Below are positions 1 through 8,907 of a DNA stretch of 28,725 nucleotides, piece after piece; position 1 is the first letter of the stretch; each line of letters opens with the position of its first letter. This DNA comes from a virus (Duplodnaviria > Caudoviricetes). The DNA is taken from IMG/VR virus record IMGVR_UViG_3300032237_000457, positions 1 to 28,725 of that record; one strand, given 5' to 3'. The translations under genes and the position numbers were made by a program. The notes beneath the pieces were generated by a model, which was given only the letters and a program-made list of their open reading frames with translations, was not told the DNA's origin and ran no database searches.

Positions 1-1726
1 CTGCTATCCCTTTTAATGTGCCGTGTATTTTTTCACCTGCAGATTTTGTTGTTCCTTCTCCTACTTTTCCTCCTGCTTCTGTTCCTGTTTCTCCTGCTTC
101 GGTTGCTTGTTCTGTTAATCCTCCACCTTTACCTGTTAATTTACCTTTAATATTTTTAAAAGTATCACCTAAACCTTTAAAGCTATCTTTTATACTTGAA
201 AATTTCATGACAGCTATAAGACCTAAAACTCCATATAGAGCAAAAGTATTATCAAGTAACCAAGTAAGACCATCTATAAAAGGAGCAAGAACAACAGCTA
301 CACTACCTATAATATCCTTTAGTTTCTCCATAGCATCATTAAACTTATCTTGTATTGCTTGACGTTTTTGAGCTTCCTTCATTTCGTCTGCGTTTACTTG
401 AGCTATTGATTTGCCTTGTTCTTGTGCTGTTTTTTGTTTTTGTAGTTGATTAGCCATTTCATCTGCTGTCATTCCCATCGACTCTGCTATTGCTTTTTGC
501 TGGACGACATTCATTTTATTAAAATCGTCTAATGTACCTACGTTTTTAGCTAATTCTTCAGCTAATGTAACTTGATCACCCGCTAAAGCAGCGGCTCTAG
601 CTCTTTCAAGATTTAATTGCTTACCAGTTAATAATTCTGCTTTTAATTCATTATCAAGTGATGATTCCCAATTTAAAAGAGAATCTCCTTGTTTTTTAGT
701 TTGCTCTAAAGTAGTACCAAAAGCTTGCATTTTAACAATAGCTGCTGTTATTAGCTTAGGATCATTTTTAAAATTAGCTGATAATTGACCTGATACTTTA
801 GCGGCAGCTGCCATTGTTGTTTTAAAATCAGCTGATCCTTTAACTGCATTTCTAGTATTAACAAAAGCATCCACCATTTCATCATTAACTTTTTCTGATG
901 ATTTTCCCGTTAACGTAGAAAATTTATAAATACCAGCTGCTTCCTCACCTGTTAAACCAAATTGTTTGGTTAACATTACTTGAGTTTTTAAAGCATCAGC
1001 AGAATATTCAGCAACACCACCTGTAGCAGTATTCAAATCACCCATTGCTTCATTTAAATTCTTTAAATTAGCTGTAGTAGATTGAGATGATAAACTTATT
1101 CCCATCATTTTTCTTTCCACTCGATCTGCTTCTGAGGCACTGTATCCAAGACTCTTACTTATTTTTACAGAACCTTTATTGAACATATCTATTCTTGAAA
1201 CTATAGCATCTAATATTCCGGTTACTGTAAATAAATCAGTAGCAGGTTTAAACATATCCTTAGCCTTATTCTTAATATTTTCTATTAGGCTATTTTGTTT
1301 TTTCTTTTCCTCAGTAATCTTTTTTTCTTCTTCAGCTGTTTGTTGTAGTTTAATTAATTGAGTTTGATAGGATTCTAATTGTTGAGTAACTAGTTTATTT
1401 TGATTTAAAGCTAATTTTATTTTATTTGCAGCTATTATATTTCCATCTTGTTGAGTTCTAACTAAATCATTTTCTAATTTTGTTCTATTAAGAGAAAGTT
1501 TATTAATATCTTTCTGAAGGGTTGTTAACTTAGTTGATAAATTTTTAGTAACATCATTTCCTTTTTCGAATTCTCCTACAAAGTTTTGAGTATCTGTAGC
1601 TAGGTCTGATAGTTTATCTCTCATTTTAGTAGACAAAAAACTAGCCATATTATTCAATTTATCTTGAAGAATGTCTAATTCTTTGCCAAAATCTTCTGCT
1701 ATTTTTTGTTTTTTTTCGTCAGCCAT
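1..1726 (-). CDS. Tape measure protein (3' end runs off the window; not in the ORF track)
   Basis: ATG at 1726 (MADEKKQKIAEDFGKELD...) opens a frame that stays open to the left edge (...GTLKGIA). Ala/Lys/Gln-rich helical sequence (ELKAELLTGKQLNLERARAAALAGD) with a hydrophobic segment (VLAPFIDGLTWLLDNTFALYGVLGLIAVM). Follows tube and chaperone genes. Confidence 0.85.
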   Translation of the reverse strand, partial: MADEKKQKIAEDFGKELDILQDKLNNMASFLSTKMRDKLSDLATDTQNFVGEFEKGNDVTKNLSTKLTTLQKDINKLSLNRTKLENDLVRTQQDGNIIAANKIKLALNQNKLVTQQLESYQTQLIKLQQTAEEEKKITEEKKKQNSLIENIKNKAKDMFKPATDLFTVTGILDAIVSRIDMFNKGSVKISKSLGYSASEADRVERKMMGISLSSQSTTANLKNLNEAMGDLNTATGGVAEYSADALKTQVMLTKQFGLTGEEAAGIYKFSTLTGKSSEKVNDEMVDAFVNTRNAVKGSADFKTTMAAAAKVSGQLSANFKNDPKLITAAIVKMQAFGTTLEQTKKQGDSLLNWESSLDNELKAELLTGKQLNLERARAAALAGDQVTLAEELAKNVGTLDDFNKMNVVQQKAIAESMGMTADEMANQLQKQKTAQEQGKSIAQVNADEMKEAQKRQAIQDKFNDAMEKLKDIIGSVAVVLAPFIDGLTWLLDNTFALYGVLGLIAVMKFSSIKDSFKGLGDTFKNIKGKLTGKGGGLTEQATEAGETGTEAGGKVGEGTTKSAGEKIHGTLKGIA

Positions 1727-1743
1727 AATACAGTATTGTGCGT

Positions 1744-1751
1744 ATAAATAT
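1744..1751 (-). promoter_or_regulatory. ATATTTAT putative late-promoter motif upstream of tape measure gene
   Basis: One of 14 copies found just upstream of gene starts. Confidence 0.7.
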
Positions 1752-1778
1752 TAAAAGCGCCTATTTTCTAGGCGCTTT
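1751..1778 (-). terminator. Intrinsic terminator overlapping the stop codon of ORF 1761..2003
   Basis: Minus strand AAAGCGCCTA-GAAAA-TAGGCGCTTT then TAAT: perfect 10-bp inverted repeat with a short T tract. Confidence 0.7.
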
Positions 1779-2003
1779 AGTTGTATAAGTTGAACTACTT
1801 GAAGGAGCTACGTTTGGTCGCGCTATTTCATTTTTCATTTTTCCTTTATTTATTGCTTTATCATGTTCTTCTTTTTCCTTATCATAATGTTCCTTCATTA
1901 AATTGTACGTGGTTCTACGTAACCATAAAGGCATATGATATACAGTTTCCCAATCATATCCACCTTTACCATGAAACACAATTTCATGAATTTGACGGAA
2001 CAT
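1761..2003 (-). CDS. gp51-like / tail assembly chaperone C-terminal part, probably made as a frameshift fusion with 2011..2769
   Basis: YDWETVYHMPLWLRR resembles the 'one-generation MP.W.R' motif of T4 gp51-like proteins. The frame stays open upstream across the T7 run of the preceding gene. Confidence 0.7.
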   Translation of the reverse strand: MFRQIHEIVFHGKGGYDWETVYHMPLWLRRTTYNLMKEHYDKEKEEHDKAINKGKMKNEIARPNVAPSSSSTYTTKAPRK

Positions 2004-2010
2004 ATGTACT

Positions 2011-2769
2011 CTATAGTCCGGAGTCAGGCCAAAAAAAGTTAAGAGTAATTGGAACAGTTACACCCTCCCCAATGTACTCTTCATCTTCAGGATAATATTT
2101 CAATTCAATATCTGGTTGAACTTTAGTATAATATTCACGTAATGCTCTAGCATCTGGTGCTAATAGGAAATTATCTACAAAGTCACGAATTGATTTTGGT
2201 TCACTATCACCATTAATTGAAGTGATAATATATTTTAAACGTGTAGTAACATCTGTAGCAACATTAGGATTAACTTTTTTCAATCCTTTTACTTCAGCCT
2301 CAATTTTTTTCTCATCACCATGTGTTAATAATTTAAATGTAACTGTGTTTTTTGATTTTGGTAACGTGAATGAAAAACTATTTGTCCCTGATTTGTATAA
2401 GGTATCATCTAATTCTTTTTCTTTTAATGTAGACAAATCAACAGTAGCTTCAATTTCTTGTCCTTGTTTATTAGTATACTTAAAGTTATAATCTTGTCCG
2501 TATCCTAATACACGTGCGGCCACTAATATTGCGTTTTTATCGCCTATTAATAAGTCATCATAATTGATTTTAGTAACAATTAGTGCTTGTAATAGTTTAT
2601 CAATTACTGTGCCTTGTTTAATGAAATTAGCATTGGTAAGAATATCTTCTTCACGTGCTGTCATATATTTCATTTCAATTTCACCTTTAGCAAGTGGTGA
2701 TTCTTTTGAGTACAGTAAACCTTTCGATGGTAACGAAACGATTTCTGTCGGTAACTTTAATTCTGCCAT
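2011..2769 (-). CDS. T4 gp26-like baseplate hub assembly protein / tail assembly chaperone
   Basis: LPSKG...EMKYMTAREEDIL, LLIGDKNAILVAARVLGYG and C-terminal NFFWP. Lies between tube and tape measure. Confidence 0.75.
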   Translation of the reverse strand: MAELKLPTEIVSLPSKGLLYSKESPLAKGEIEMKYMTAREEDILTNANFIKQGTVIDKLLQALIVTKINYDDLLIGDKNAILVAARVLGYGQDYNFKYTNKQGQEIEATVDLSTLKEKELDDTLYKSGTNSFSFTLPKSKNTVTFKLLTHGDEKKIEAEVKGLKKVNPNVATDVTTRLKYIITSINGDSEPKSIRDFVDNFLLAPDARALREYYTKVQPDIELKYYPEDEEYIGEGVTVPITLNFFWPDSGL

Positions 2770-2796
2770 AAACGTTTTATTTTATTTTGTTCGTAT

Positions 2797-2804
2797 ATAA
2801 ATAT
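2797..2804 (-). promoter_or_regulatory. ATATTTAT putative late-promoter motif
   Basis: Exact motif copy 27 nt upstream of ATG 2769, directly after a terminator. Confidence 0.7.
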
Positions 2805-2809
2805 ATGCA

Positions 2810-2846
2810 GAAAGAAAGCACTTGCCAAAAAGGCAAATGCTTTTCT
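2810..2846 (-). terminator. Intrinsic terminator after tail tube gene
   Basis: Minus strand AAGCATTTGCC-TTTTT-GGCAAGTGCTT followed by TCTTTCT (one G-U pair). Confidence 0.75.
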
Positions 2847-2865
2847 TATATTTAGTGGTTTTTCC

Positions 2866-3351
2866 TTAGAAGTTTAATACGCAATAATCCATAGCGATTT
2901 CTACTGTTATACTTACAAAGCTTTCTTGAGACCAATCGTAGTCACCAAACTTAGCAGTTTTAACAAATGCACCTTTGATAATCCATTCACCAACAATATC
3001 ACCAACTGGTCCTAAGATGTTTAATGTGATGTCTTTTTTATAGAAATCACTATAACCATCTCTACCTGTTACAGATTCGTGAGCTAAACGAGCCCATTCC
3101 ATTACTGATTGTGCACCAGAAGGAGTGATTGGGTCATAAAGTTCAATACTCATATTATCCCATTTTACCTTACCTTTTACTTTACGGTAAACGTTAATAT
3201 GATCTAAAACTACTTCACCAGCATCGAAACCAGGAGCACTGGCTTTCTTAATTAGGTAAGCTGGGATACCATCTATATACATAATAAACCTATTCTGAAC
3301 TTTTGGTTCAAAAGCGGTAAACATGATTTCATTTGGGTTTAATACTGCCAT
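2866..3351 (-). CDS. gp19: Tail tube protein (T4 gp19-like)
   Basis: 161 aa with EPKVQNRF, KGKVKWDNMSIELYD, VMEW, YKKDITL and W.IKGAF. Directly downstream of the sheath. Confidence 0.9.
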   Translation of the reverse strand: MAVLNPNEIMFTAFEPKVQNRFIMYIDGIPAYLIKKASAPGFDAGEVVLDHINVYRKVKGKVKWDNMSIELYDPITPSGAQSVMEWARLAHESVTGRDGYSDFYKKDITLNILGPVGDIVGEWIIKGAFVKTAKFGDYDWSQESFVSITVEIAMDYCVLNF

Positions 3352-3377
3352 TTTATGTTGTTATTTTATTGCTATTA

Positions 3378-3385
3378 ATAAATAT
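3378..3385 (-). promoter_or_regulatory. ATATTTAT putative late-promoter motif
   Basis: Exact motif copy in the sheath-tube intergenic gap. Confidence 0.7.
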
Positions 3386-3401
3386 TAGGAACTACAATCC
3401 C

Positions 3402-5108
3402 TTATGCAGGGAATGTAGCGCCAGTTGGAAGAATGTTAAAGTTCAAGATAATAAATTCAGCAGTTTTAGTTGGTTGAATAAATATCTGACCTACTAATTG
3501 GTTACGATCTACAACATCTGGTGTGTTGTTTGAATCATCCATTACTACTTTATAAGCGTATAAACCTTGACGTGATACTACTGATTCAAGATATGGATTA
3601 ACTTGAGATAAGAATCTATTTCTTGTTACAGTTGTATTTTGTTCGAATACTAATGTGCGAGAAACACCACCAATAAATGCTTTTAAAGCAATCATCAAAC
3701 GACGAACATTTACTCTATCAAGAGCTGTTGGTTTACGTTGTAATGTTTTCTGACCCCAAACACATACTCCTGAATTAGGGAATGTAGCTAATGGGTTAAC
3801 GTTTGCACTATATAATGTATCTCTATCTGTTTGTTGTAATCTTCTTTCAGCTAATACTACTGATGGAATACCACCTCTGTTTAAACCTGCAGGTGCGAAC
3901 CATTCAGCGCCTACTTGGTCGTTAAATGCTAATACACCACCCATTACTGTTGATGGTGGAGCCCATACAGATTTACCTAAATTTGAGCTATATAATTGAA
4001 CCCAAGGATAATATGTTGCTGCATAATTACTTGATTGACCAGCAGCATTAACTGTGGCTGTTGTAATTGAAGTACCATATACTCCAGCATCTATAATAGC
4101 AATTGCATCTCCTCTGCCTTCAACACATGCTATCATATTTGAAGCTGCAGAGCAATCTAATCCAACACCAGGTGCTAATAATACATTAAATTGATATTCG
4201 TCTCTATTTCCTAATAAATTAAATGCTGTATTGTAATCAGCAGGAGCAAATCCTTGAATATTAGTTATACTAATACCTTCGTTCATATTTTTAACAATAC
4301 CTGTATCTGCAACACCACCACTAAATGAACCACCAAATGATCCACTACCTACTGTAGGTAAACTACCACTGTATTGACTAGCTTTAAAGTTACCATTATT
4401 ATCAATAGAATCCGCGTTTGGAGTAGTTACTGAAGATACACGAATATATCTTGAAGCGTTTACAAAGCTACCTGTAAAATTAACATATCCATTAGTTACA
4501 TCGTATACTGGTTTTCTATCTCCAATAACACGAGCTACATAGTTTGGTAATTGAGGATCTAAGCTCATATTTGCCCATGTTTCTAATATGTTCTTTTGAG
4601 CATTATTATCATCACCACGACGTACTATAAGTGTAAATAAACCACTACCTGTATTAACGTTAGTTACTTCCCAACGTACATTATAAGCTGAACCACTATC
4701 TAATGATCCACTGCTCATACTTGATGTATTATTCATTTGGTTACCCCAAGATAATGCTTCAAGAACAAGTTGAGTTGTACTACCACTAGTTACATTTGCT
4801 GTAGCATATGTACTAACATTTGCACTACCGCTGATAATTTTAGTAACTAATAATGTTTTACCACCATTGTTAAAATATTCTCTAGCAGCCATAGATGTAA
4901 GATATTCATAGTAGTAACTACCACTTTTGAATACATCACCATAAAGAGATAAATATTGATTATAAGTAGTAACGTAAGTAGGTATATAAGGACGACCACC
5001 TACTGTGGGACCTACAATAGCTGCACCTACTACTTGAGGGGCCTGTGTATACAGACTTTGGTCTGATTCTATCTGGAATACACCGGGAGAAATGATTGCT
5101 TCTGCCAT
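3402..5108 (-). CDS. gp18: Contractile tail sheath protein (T4 gp18-like)
   Basis: N-terminal ISPGV..E.D and C-terminal YYPWV, WFAPAGLNRG, WGQKTLQ...LDRVNVRRL, FEQN, IFIQPTKTAEFI. Confidence 0.95.
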   Translation of the reverse strand: MAEAIISPGVFQIESDQSLYTQAPQVVGAAIVGPTVGGRPYIPTYVTTYNQYLSLYGDVFKSGSYYYEYLTSMAAREYFNNGGKTLLVTKIISGSANVSTYATANVTSGSTTQLVLEALSWGNQMNNTSSMSSGSLDSGSAYNVRWEVTNVNTGSGLFTLIVRRGDDNNAQKNILETWANMSLDPQLPNYVARVIGDRKPVYDVTNGYVNFTGSFVNASRYIRVSSVTTPNADSIDNNGNFKASQYSGSLPTVGSGSFGGSFSGGVADTGIVKNMNEGISITNIQGFAPADYNTAFNLLGNRDEYQFNVLLAPGVGLDCSAASNMIACVEGRGDAIAIIDAGVYGTSITTATVNAAGQSSNYAATYYPWVQLYSSNLGKSVWAPPSTVMGGVLAFNDQVGAEWFAPAGLNRGGIPSVVLAERRLQQTDRDTLYSANVNPLATFPNSGVCVWGQKTLQRKPTALDRVNVRRLMIALKAFIGGVSRTLVFEQNTTVTRNRFLSQVNPYLESVVSRQGLYAYKVVMDDSNNTPDVVDRNQLVGQIFIQPTKTAEFIILNFNILPTGATFPA

Positions 5109-5151
5109 TTTATATGATTTGTTTTATTTAATATATTGGAGTTACCTAATA

Positions 5152-5159
5152 ATAAATAT
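5152..5159 (-). promoter_or_regulatory. ATATTTAT putative late-promoter motif
   Basis: Exact motif copy upstream of sheath, with TGCGTTTT further upstream. Confidence 0.7.
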
Positions 5160-5192
5160 CTACAAAACCATGTAAAACGCAGAAGCTATTAG

Positions 5193-5465
5193 TTAGAGGG
5201 GTGTTATTTCTCCAGTTTCCATATCGATGTTACCTACACCGTATTTGCCTTGAAGAGTATTAAGGAGTTCTTTTTCTTTTTCGCCTAATGTTTTAAGATC
5301 GCCTAACACATTAGCCTTTTCAGTTTCAATAAATGTTTTTTGAACTAATACATCCGCTAATTGAGCTTCAATACTACCTAATTCAAATACAAATTTATTG
5401 TATTGTGTTTGTAATTCTTTAATCTGTGTGATTTCTTCTACAGTTAACTTTTTTGCTTCTGACAT
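5193..5465 (-). CDS. Small coiled-coil protein, function unknown (possible assembly chaperone)
   Basis: 90 aa with heptad Leu/Ile pattern, ending KYGVGNIDMETGEI. Confidence 0.7.
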   Translation of the reverse strand: MSEAKKLTVEEITQIKELQTQYNKFVFELGSIEAQLADVLVQKTFIETEKANVLGDLKTLGEKEKELLNTLQGKYGVGNIDMETGEITPL

Positions 5466-5477
5466 AATCTTTATTGT

Positions 5478-5711
5478 TTATTTTTTCCAGCGTTTATCAG
5501 GGCATGCCTGTTCGCCGGGTAGTGGTGAAAATATTTTTTTATCTAATGGGCAACCACATAATCTACAAACATGTACATTAATATGTTTAAAATATGATTT
5601 GTTTGGACACTCAGCACAAATAGAGATTCGATGATTCGCTATTTCTTTTTGCTTGGGTGTTGGATCGGCTGCGGCTATCCACGCTTTTGCTATTTCAACT
5701 AATTTAAGCAT
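5478..5711 (-). CDS. Small Cys-rich metal-binding protein
   Basis: CAECP...CRLCGC...CP..RW: six Cys in 77 aa. Confidence 0.75.
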   Translation of the reverse strand: MLKLVEIAKAWIAAADPTPKQKEIANHRISICAECPNKSYFKHINVHVCRLCGCPLDKKIFSPLPGEQACPDKRWKK

Positions 5712-5955
5712 CTACTTTAGTAGCTGGTTTCTTTTTAGGTTGTGGTTTTTTCTTTGATTTAGCTTCTCCTGTTGGCAATGGTAAATCAACTTTAGGATAC
5801 GGTTTTGGATCAGGTGTTGGTTCAGGAACTGATTCTGGTGTTGGTTCAGGAATTACTACATCTTCTTCTAAAGATGGATTTTTTTTCTTTGGAATAAAAT
5901 TAATAACAAGTGCTACTACTATTCCGATAAGAATAGCTACGATGTAAATTGACAT
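5704..5955 (-). CDS. Small membrane-anchored Pro/Lys-rich protein
   Basis: N-terminal hydrophobic helix IYIVAILIGIVVALVINFI, PEPTP repeats and a basic tail. Overlaps the next gene by 8 nt. Confidence 0.7.
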   Translation of the reverse strand: MSIYIVAILIGIVVALVINFIPKKKNPSLEEDVVIPEPTPESVPEPTPDPKPYPKVDLPLPTGEAKSKKKPQPKKKPATKVDA

Positions 5956-5977
5956 AATCTATTTATTTTTGTTTGAT

Positions 5978-6010
5978 ATAAATATATACAAGAGAGGGGA
6001 GACAACCAAA
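5978..6010 (-). promoter_or_regulatory. Promoter-like element TTTG-N20-TATATTTA(T)
   Basis: Minus strand TTTG GTTGTCTCCCCTCTCTTGTA TATATTTAT, matching the Bacteroidota -33/-7 layout (TTTG, 19-21 nt, TAnnTTTG) except for the last base. Confidence 0.65.
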
Positions 6011-6016
6011 TTTATT

Positions 6017-6892
6017 TTAGAAAGTTGCTATAATTACTAAACCATCTCCTCCTTTACCTCCAGCACCTCCTATAGTTGAACCACAACCACCACCACCACC
6101 ACCACAGCCGTATGCCCCGTTTCCGCCGGATCCACCTGAGTTAACTAATGTGTTTGTTCCTCCACCTCCTGCTCCTCCTAATCCAAACATAGGCTTCCAA
6201 TTCCAAATACCATTATTTCCTGTCCCACCACTTCCTGCACCTCCAGCTGCGCCGCCTGCTATTTGTGGTGTTGTATAGATTCCTAGATTAACCGAACCAA
6301 TAGAGATTCCTGCCGATCCGCCTGAAACGGTTACTAAACCTCCAAATGCTCCTCCTGATGTTATAGTTGTAGATAGAGGTGTTATACCACTACCTACGCT
6401 ATCTCCAGCTTGTCCTGCTATCGCTGTAAAATTTCCTAAGCTCATTAAACCTGCTTGTGTTGTAGTAGCTATTGTTTCAGCGTTATAATTATTAGTTGTT
6501 CCTGCTCCAGCTGCTCCTGATACGCAAACTGTATTCATTGCTACCGGTACAGATCCACTTGGATTTATTACTACAAAGCTTCTATTAGCAGGAGATGTTG
6601 TACCTGAGAATGCGGCTCCTGCACTGCCTGGTCCTGGTTGAATAAATAAGGTATCAGGTAAAACGTTAGCTGGATATAATACTCTGCATACTCCTCCCGA
6701 ACCTCCACCGAATCCACCCTGGTTTGAACCTTCATTTGAGCCTGCTGCTCCTCCGCATCCACCACCAATACACATCATCCAAATAAACTTACAGTTTCTT
6801 GGTTTATTCCAAGTTTGCCATGTATTTGTATCAGATGCATAAAATATCTTTATGTTATCTTGTTGTCCAGGTATATTAAATATATCTAACAT
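6017..6892 (-). CDS. Glycine-rich tail adhesin-like protein, paralogue 3
   Basis: MLDIFNIP...WQTWNKPR..KFIWMMCIGGG...GGKGGDGLVIIATF with multiple polyglycine tracts. Confidence 0.75.
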   Translation of the reverse strand: MLDIFNIPGQQDNIKIFYASDTNTWQTWNKPRNCKFIWMMCIGGGCGGAAGSNEGSNQGGFGGGSGGVCRVLYPANVLPDTLFIQPGPGSAGAAFSGTTSPANRSFVVINPSGSVPVAMNTVCVSGAAGAGTTNNYNAETIATTTQAGLMSLGNFTAIAGQAGDSVGSGITPLSTTITSGGAFGGLVTVSGGSAGISIGSVNLGIYTTPQIAGGAAGGAGSGGTGNNGIWNWKPMFGLGGAGGGGTNTLVNSGGSGGNGAYGCGGGGGGCGSTIGGAGGKGGDGLVIIATF

Positions 6893-6896
6893 ATTA

Positions 6897-7778
6897 TTAA
6901 AAACTTGTTGTTATGATTACTATTCCATCGCCTCCTCTACCACCATTCCCGCCAGCTGATATTCCGCCACTTCCCCCTGCTCCACCACATCCATACGATC
7001 CATTTCCACTTATTCCTGCAGCTCCTATGTCGCTAGATCCTCCAGAAGTTCCTCCAGTAAAGGCTAGTATTGGTTTTGTTAACATTATACCATTTCTTCC
7101 AGGTTGACCAACTCCACTAGCTCCTGCTATTGAAGGTATAGGGCCTGCTCCTACGATTCCTTGTGATGTAGTGCTTCCTCCACTTCCACCTCCCCCTCCA
7201 CATACTATACTAGTTATTGTTATAGTACCACCAGTTGAAATAGAAGAACCTATAGTTCCTGGAGGACCTGCTACTGCTGTGAATGTACCTAAATTTAAAA
7301 ATATGCAGTTAGCTGCTGTCGTAGTAGTTGCGGCTGTTGGTACTGCTGAGTTAACTGTTGATCCAGTAGGGCCACCTCCAGCTACTGTATTACCTGACCT
7401 GCATACTAAATTTGATACTGATGCTGTTGATGGTGTAAGTGCTACGTAGCTTATTTCTCCATTTGCTCCTGGAGTTTGGTTTCCTGCTGTTCCTCCAAGT
7501 CCTCCTATTCCTCCAATCCCTGTATACACATATAAAATATCGGGTAATAAACTTGCTTGGTAAGTAGCTCTTATAAAAGCACCTGCTGCTCCTCCTGATG
7601 CTCCTCCATGAGTACCTACTGCTACCAATGCTCCTCCACCTCCGCCACCACTTCCAATACACAACATATTTACAAACTTAGCACCTCTTGGTTTAACCCA
7701 TGTTACCCAAGAACCTGCGTTTGTAAATGTTTGCGTATTTACATTTCCACTATTTTGAAAATATGATAAATCTAACAT
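6897..7778 (-). CDS. Glycine-rich tail adhesin-like protein, paralogue 2
   Basis: MLDLS...WVTWVKPRGAKFVNMLCIGSGGGGGG...GGRGGDGIVIITTSF. Confidence 0.75.
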   Translation of the reverse strand: MLDLSYFQNSGNVNTQTFTNAGSWVTWVKPRGAKFVNMLCIGSGGGGGGALVAVGTHGGASGGAAGAFIRATYQASLLPDILYVYTGIGGIGGLGGTAGNQTPGANGEISYVALTPSTASVSNLVCRSGNTVAGGGPTGSTVNSAVPTAATTTTAANCIFLNLGTFTAVAGPPGTIGSSISTGGTITITSIVCGGGGGSGGSTTSQGIVGAGPIPSIAGASGVGQPGRNGIMLTKPILAFTGGTSGGSSDIGAAGISGNGSYGCGGAGGSGGISAGGNGGRGGDGIVIITTSF

Positions 7779-8710
7779 TATGTTATTGTTGTTATTATTA
7801 CTAAACCGTCTCCGCCTTTTCCTCCGTTACCACCACCACCAGCTGTAGATAGTCCACCACCACCACCACCACCTCCACTTCCATACCATCCATCTCCCCC
7901 TTTACCTCCTTTTGTTGTTAATGAACTAGCGCCTCCTGCTCCACCCATACTACAAAATGGATTTAAGGATCCGTATCCACTACTTCCTATTCCACTTGGC
8001 GCTAATCCTCCTGATACAAAGGAGGTTAATATTATATTAGCTGGTGATAGAGTAGCTCCGTCAAATTGAGTTATATTGGCATTTTTTCCAGCTCCTCCAG
8101 CTCCACCTGTTATTATACTTTGACTTAATGCTGTAGATCCCGATGGTGGTGCTGATGTGTATCCAGCACCTGTTCCTGCCACTCCTGCAGAAACTGTTAC
8201 TAGTCCTATACTTGCAAAGGCGTTATTTGTCGTTGCCCAAACAGTACCTGCTGCTCCGCCACCAACAGCGCCTCCCACTCCGCCTGGTCCACCACCGGCT
8301 CCTGTTGTTGTAGCAGATTGCATTATTACAGAGGGTGTTGTTGATACTGGGCCTAGCGATACATAGCTAATTCCTCCTGCTGTTCCTGCAGCTCCATTGC
8401 CTGATGCCACATTTCCTATTCCTCCTGCTCCTCCTAATCCAGGTTGTATATATAACGTATCTGGTAGTAGAAAGGCAGGAAATATTCCTTTACTAAAAGC
8501 TGCTCCGCCGCCGCCACCTCCTCCGCCGATACTACCACCTGCGCTGACTCCTCCTGCTCCACCACCACCTGCTCCTCCACTTAAACAAAATATTTGTATA
8601 AATTTAGCACCACGTGGTTTTTGCCATGTTTGCCAGTCATTGGTACCTCCAGTAGCATAAAATATTTTAGTATTATCCGTAGTGGATGGTATGTTGAAAA
8701 TATCTAACAT
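7778..8710 (-). CDS. Glycine-rich tail adhesin-like protein, paralogue 1
   Basis: MLDIFNIP...WQTWQKPRGAKFIQIFCLSGGAGGGG...GGKGGDGLVIITTIT. TAATG stop/start overlap with paralogue 2. Confidence 0.75.
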   Translation of the reverse strand: MLDIFNIPSTTDNTKIFYATGGTNDWQTWQKPRGAKFIQIFCLSGGAGGGGAGGVSAGGSIGGGGGGGGAAFSKGIFPAFLLPDTLYIQPGLGGAGGIGNVASGNGAAGTAGGISYVSLGPVSTTPSVIMQSATTTGAGGGPGGVGGAVGGGAAGTVWATTNNAFASIGLVTVSAGVAGTGAGYTSAPPSGSTALSQSIITGGAGGAGKNANITQFDGATLSPANIILTSFVSGGLAPSGIGSSGYGSLNPFCSMGGAGGASSLTTKGGKGGDGWYGSGGGGGGGGLSTAGGGGNGGKGGDGLVIITTIT

Positions 8711-8718
8711 AAACTAGT

Positions 8719-8895
8719 TTAAGGTTGTGCACATGGTGGAGTTACATCAATTTCTTTTGTATGATGTGTTACTCCTGGTATTATTACATTACAATCTTTA
8801 TCAATGACTTGTATTACATTTTGTAATGTATCATCCATTATATAATAAAATTCAATACTCGGATCATCAGATCCCTGCATTAAAACGTATCTCAT
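8719..8895 (-). CDS. 58-aa acidic hypothetical protein (below ORF-track cutoff)
   Basis: MRYVLMQGSDDPSIEFYYIMDDTLQNVIQVIDKDCNVIIPGVTHHTKEIDVTPPCAQP*. Fills the gap between 8908 and 8710 with 12- and 8-nt spacers. Confidence 0.75.
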   Translation of the reverse strand: MRYVLMQGSDDPSIEFYYIMDDTLQNVIQVIDKDCNVIIPGVTHHTKEIDVTPPCAQP

Positions 8896-8907
8896 ATTAT
8901 ATTAATT

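Noticed and set aside
2026-2040. Canonical -1 frameshift at the T7 run
   Set aside because: The -1 frame hits TGA within three codons. Only the +1/-2 frame joins the next ORF.
3478-3485. Intragenic ATATTTAT copies (3478 and about 24575)
   Set aside because: Explained by Ile-Phe-Ile codons in AT-rich DNA, so not counted as promoters.
6571-7662. Alternate-frame minus ORFs 6571..6768 and 7390..7662 (also 28310..28531)
   Set aside because: Nested in well-supported genes, with no leader or recognisable motifs.
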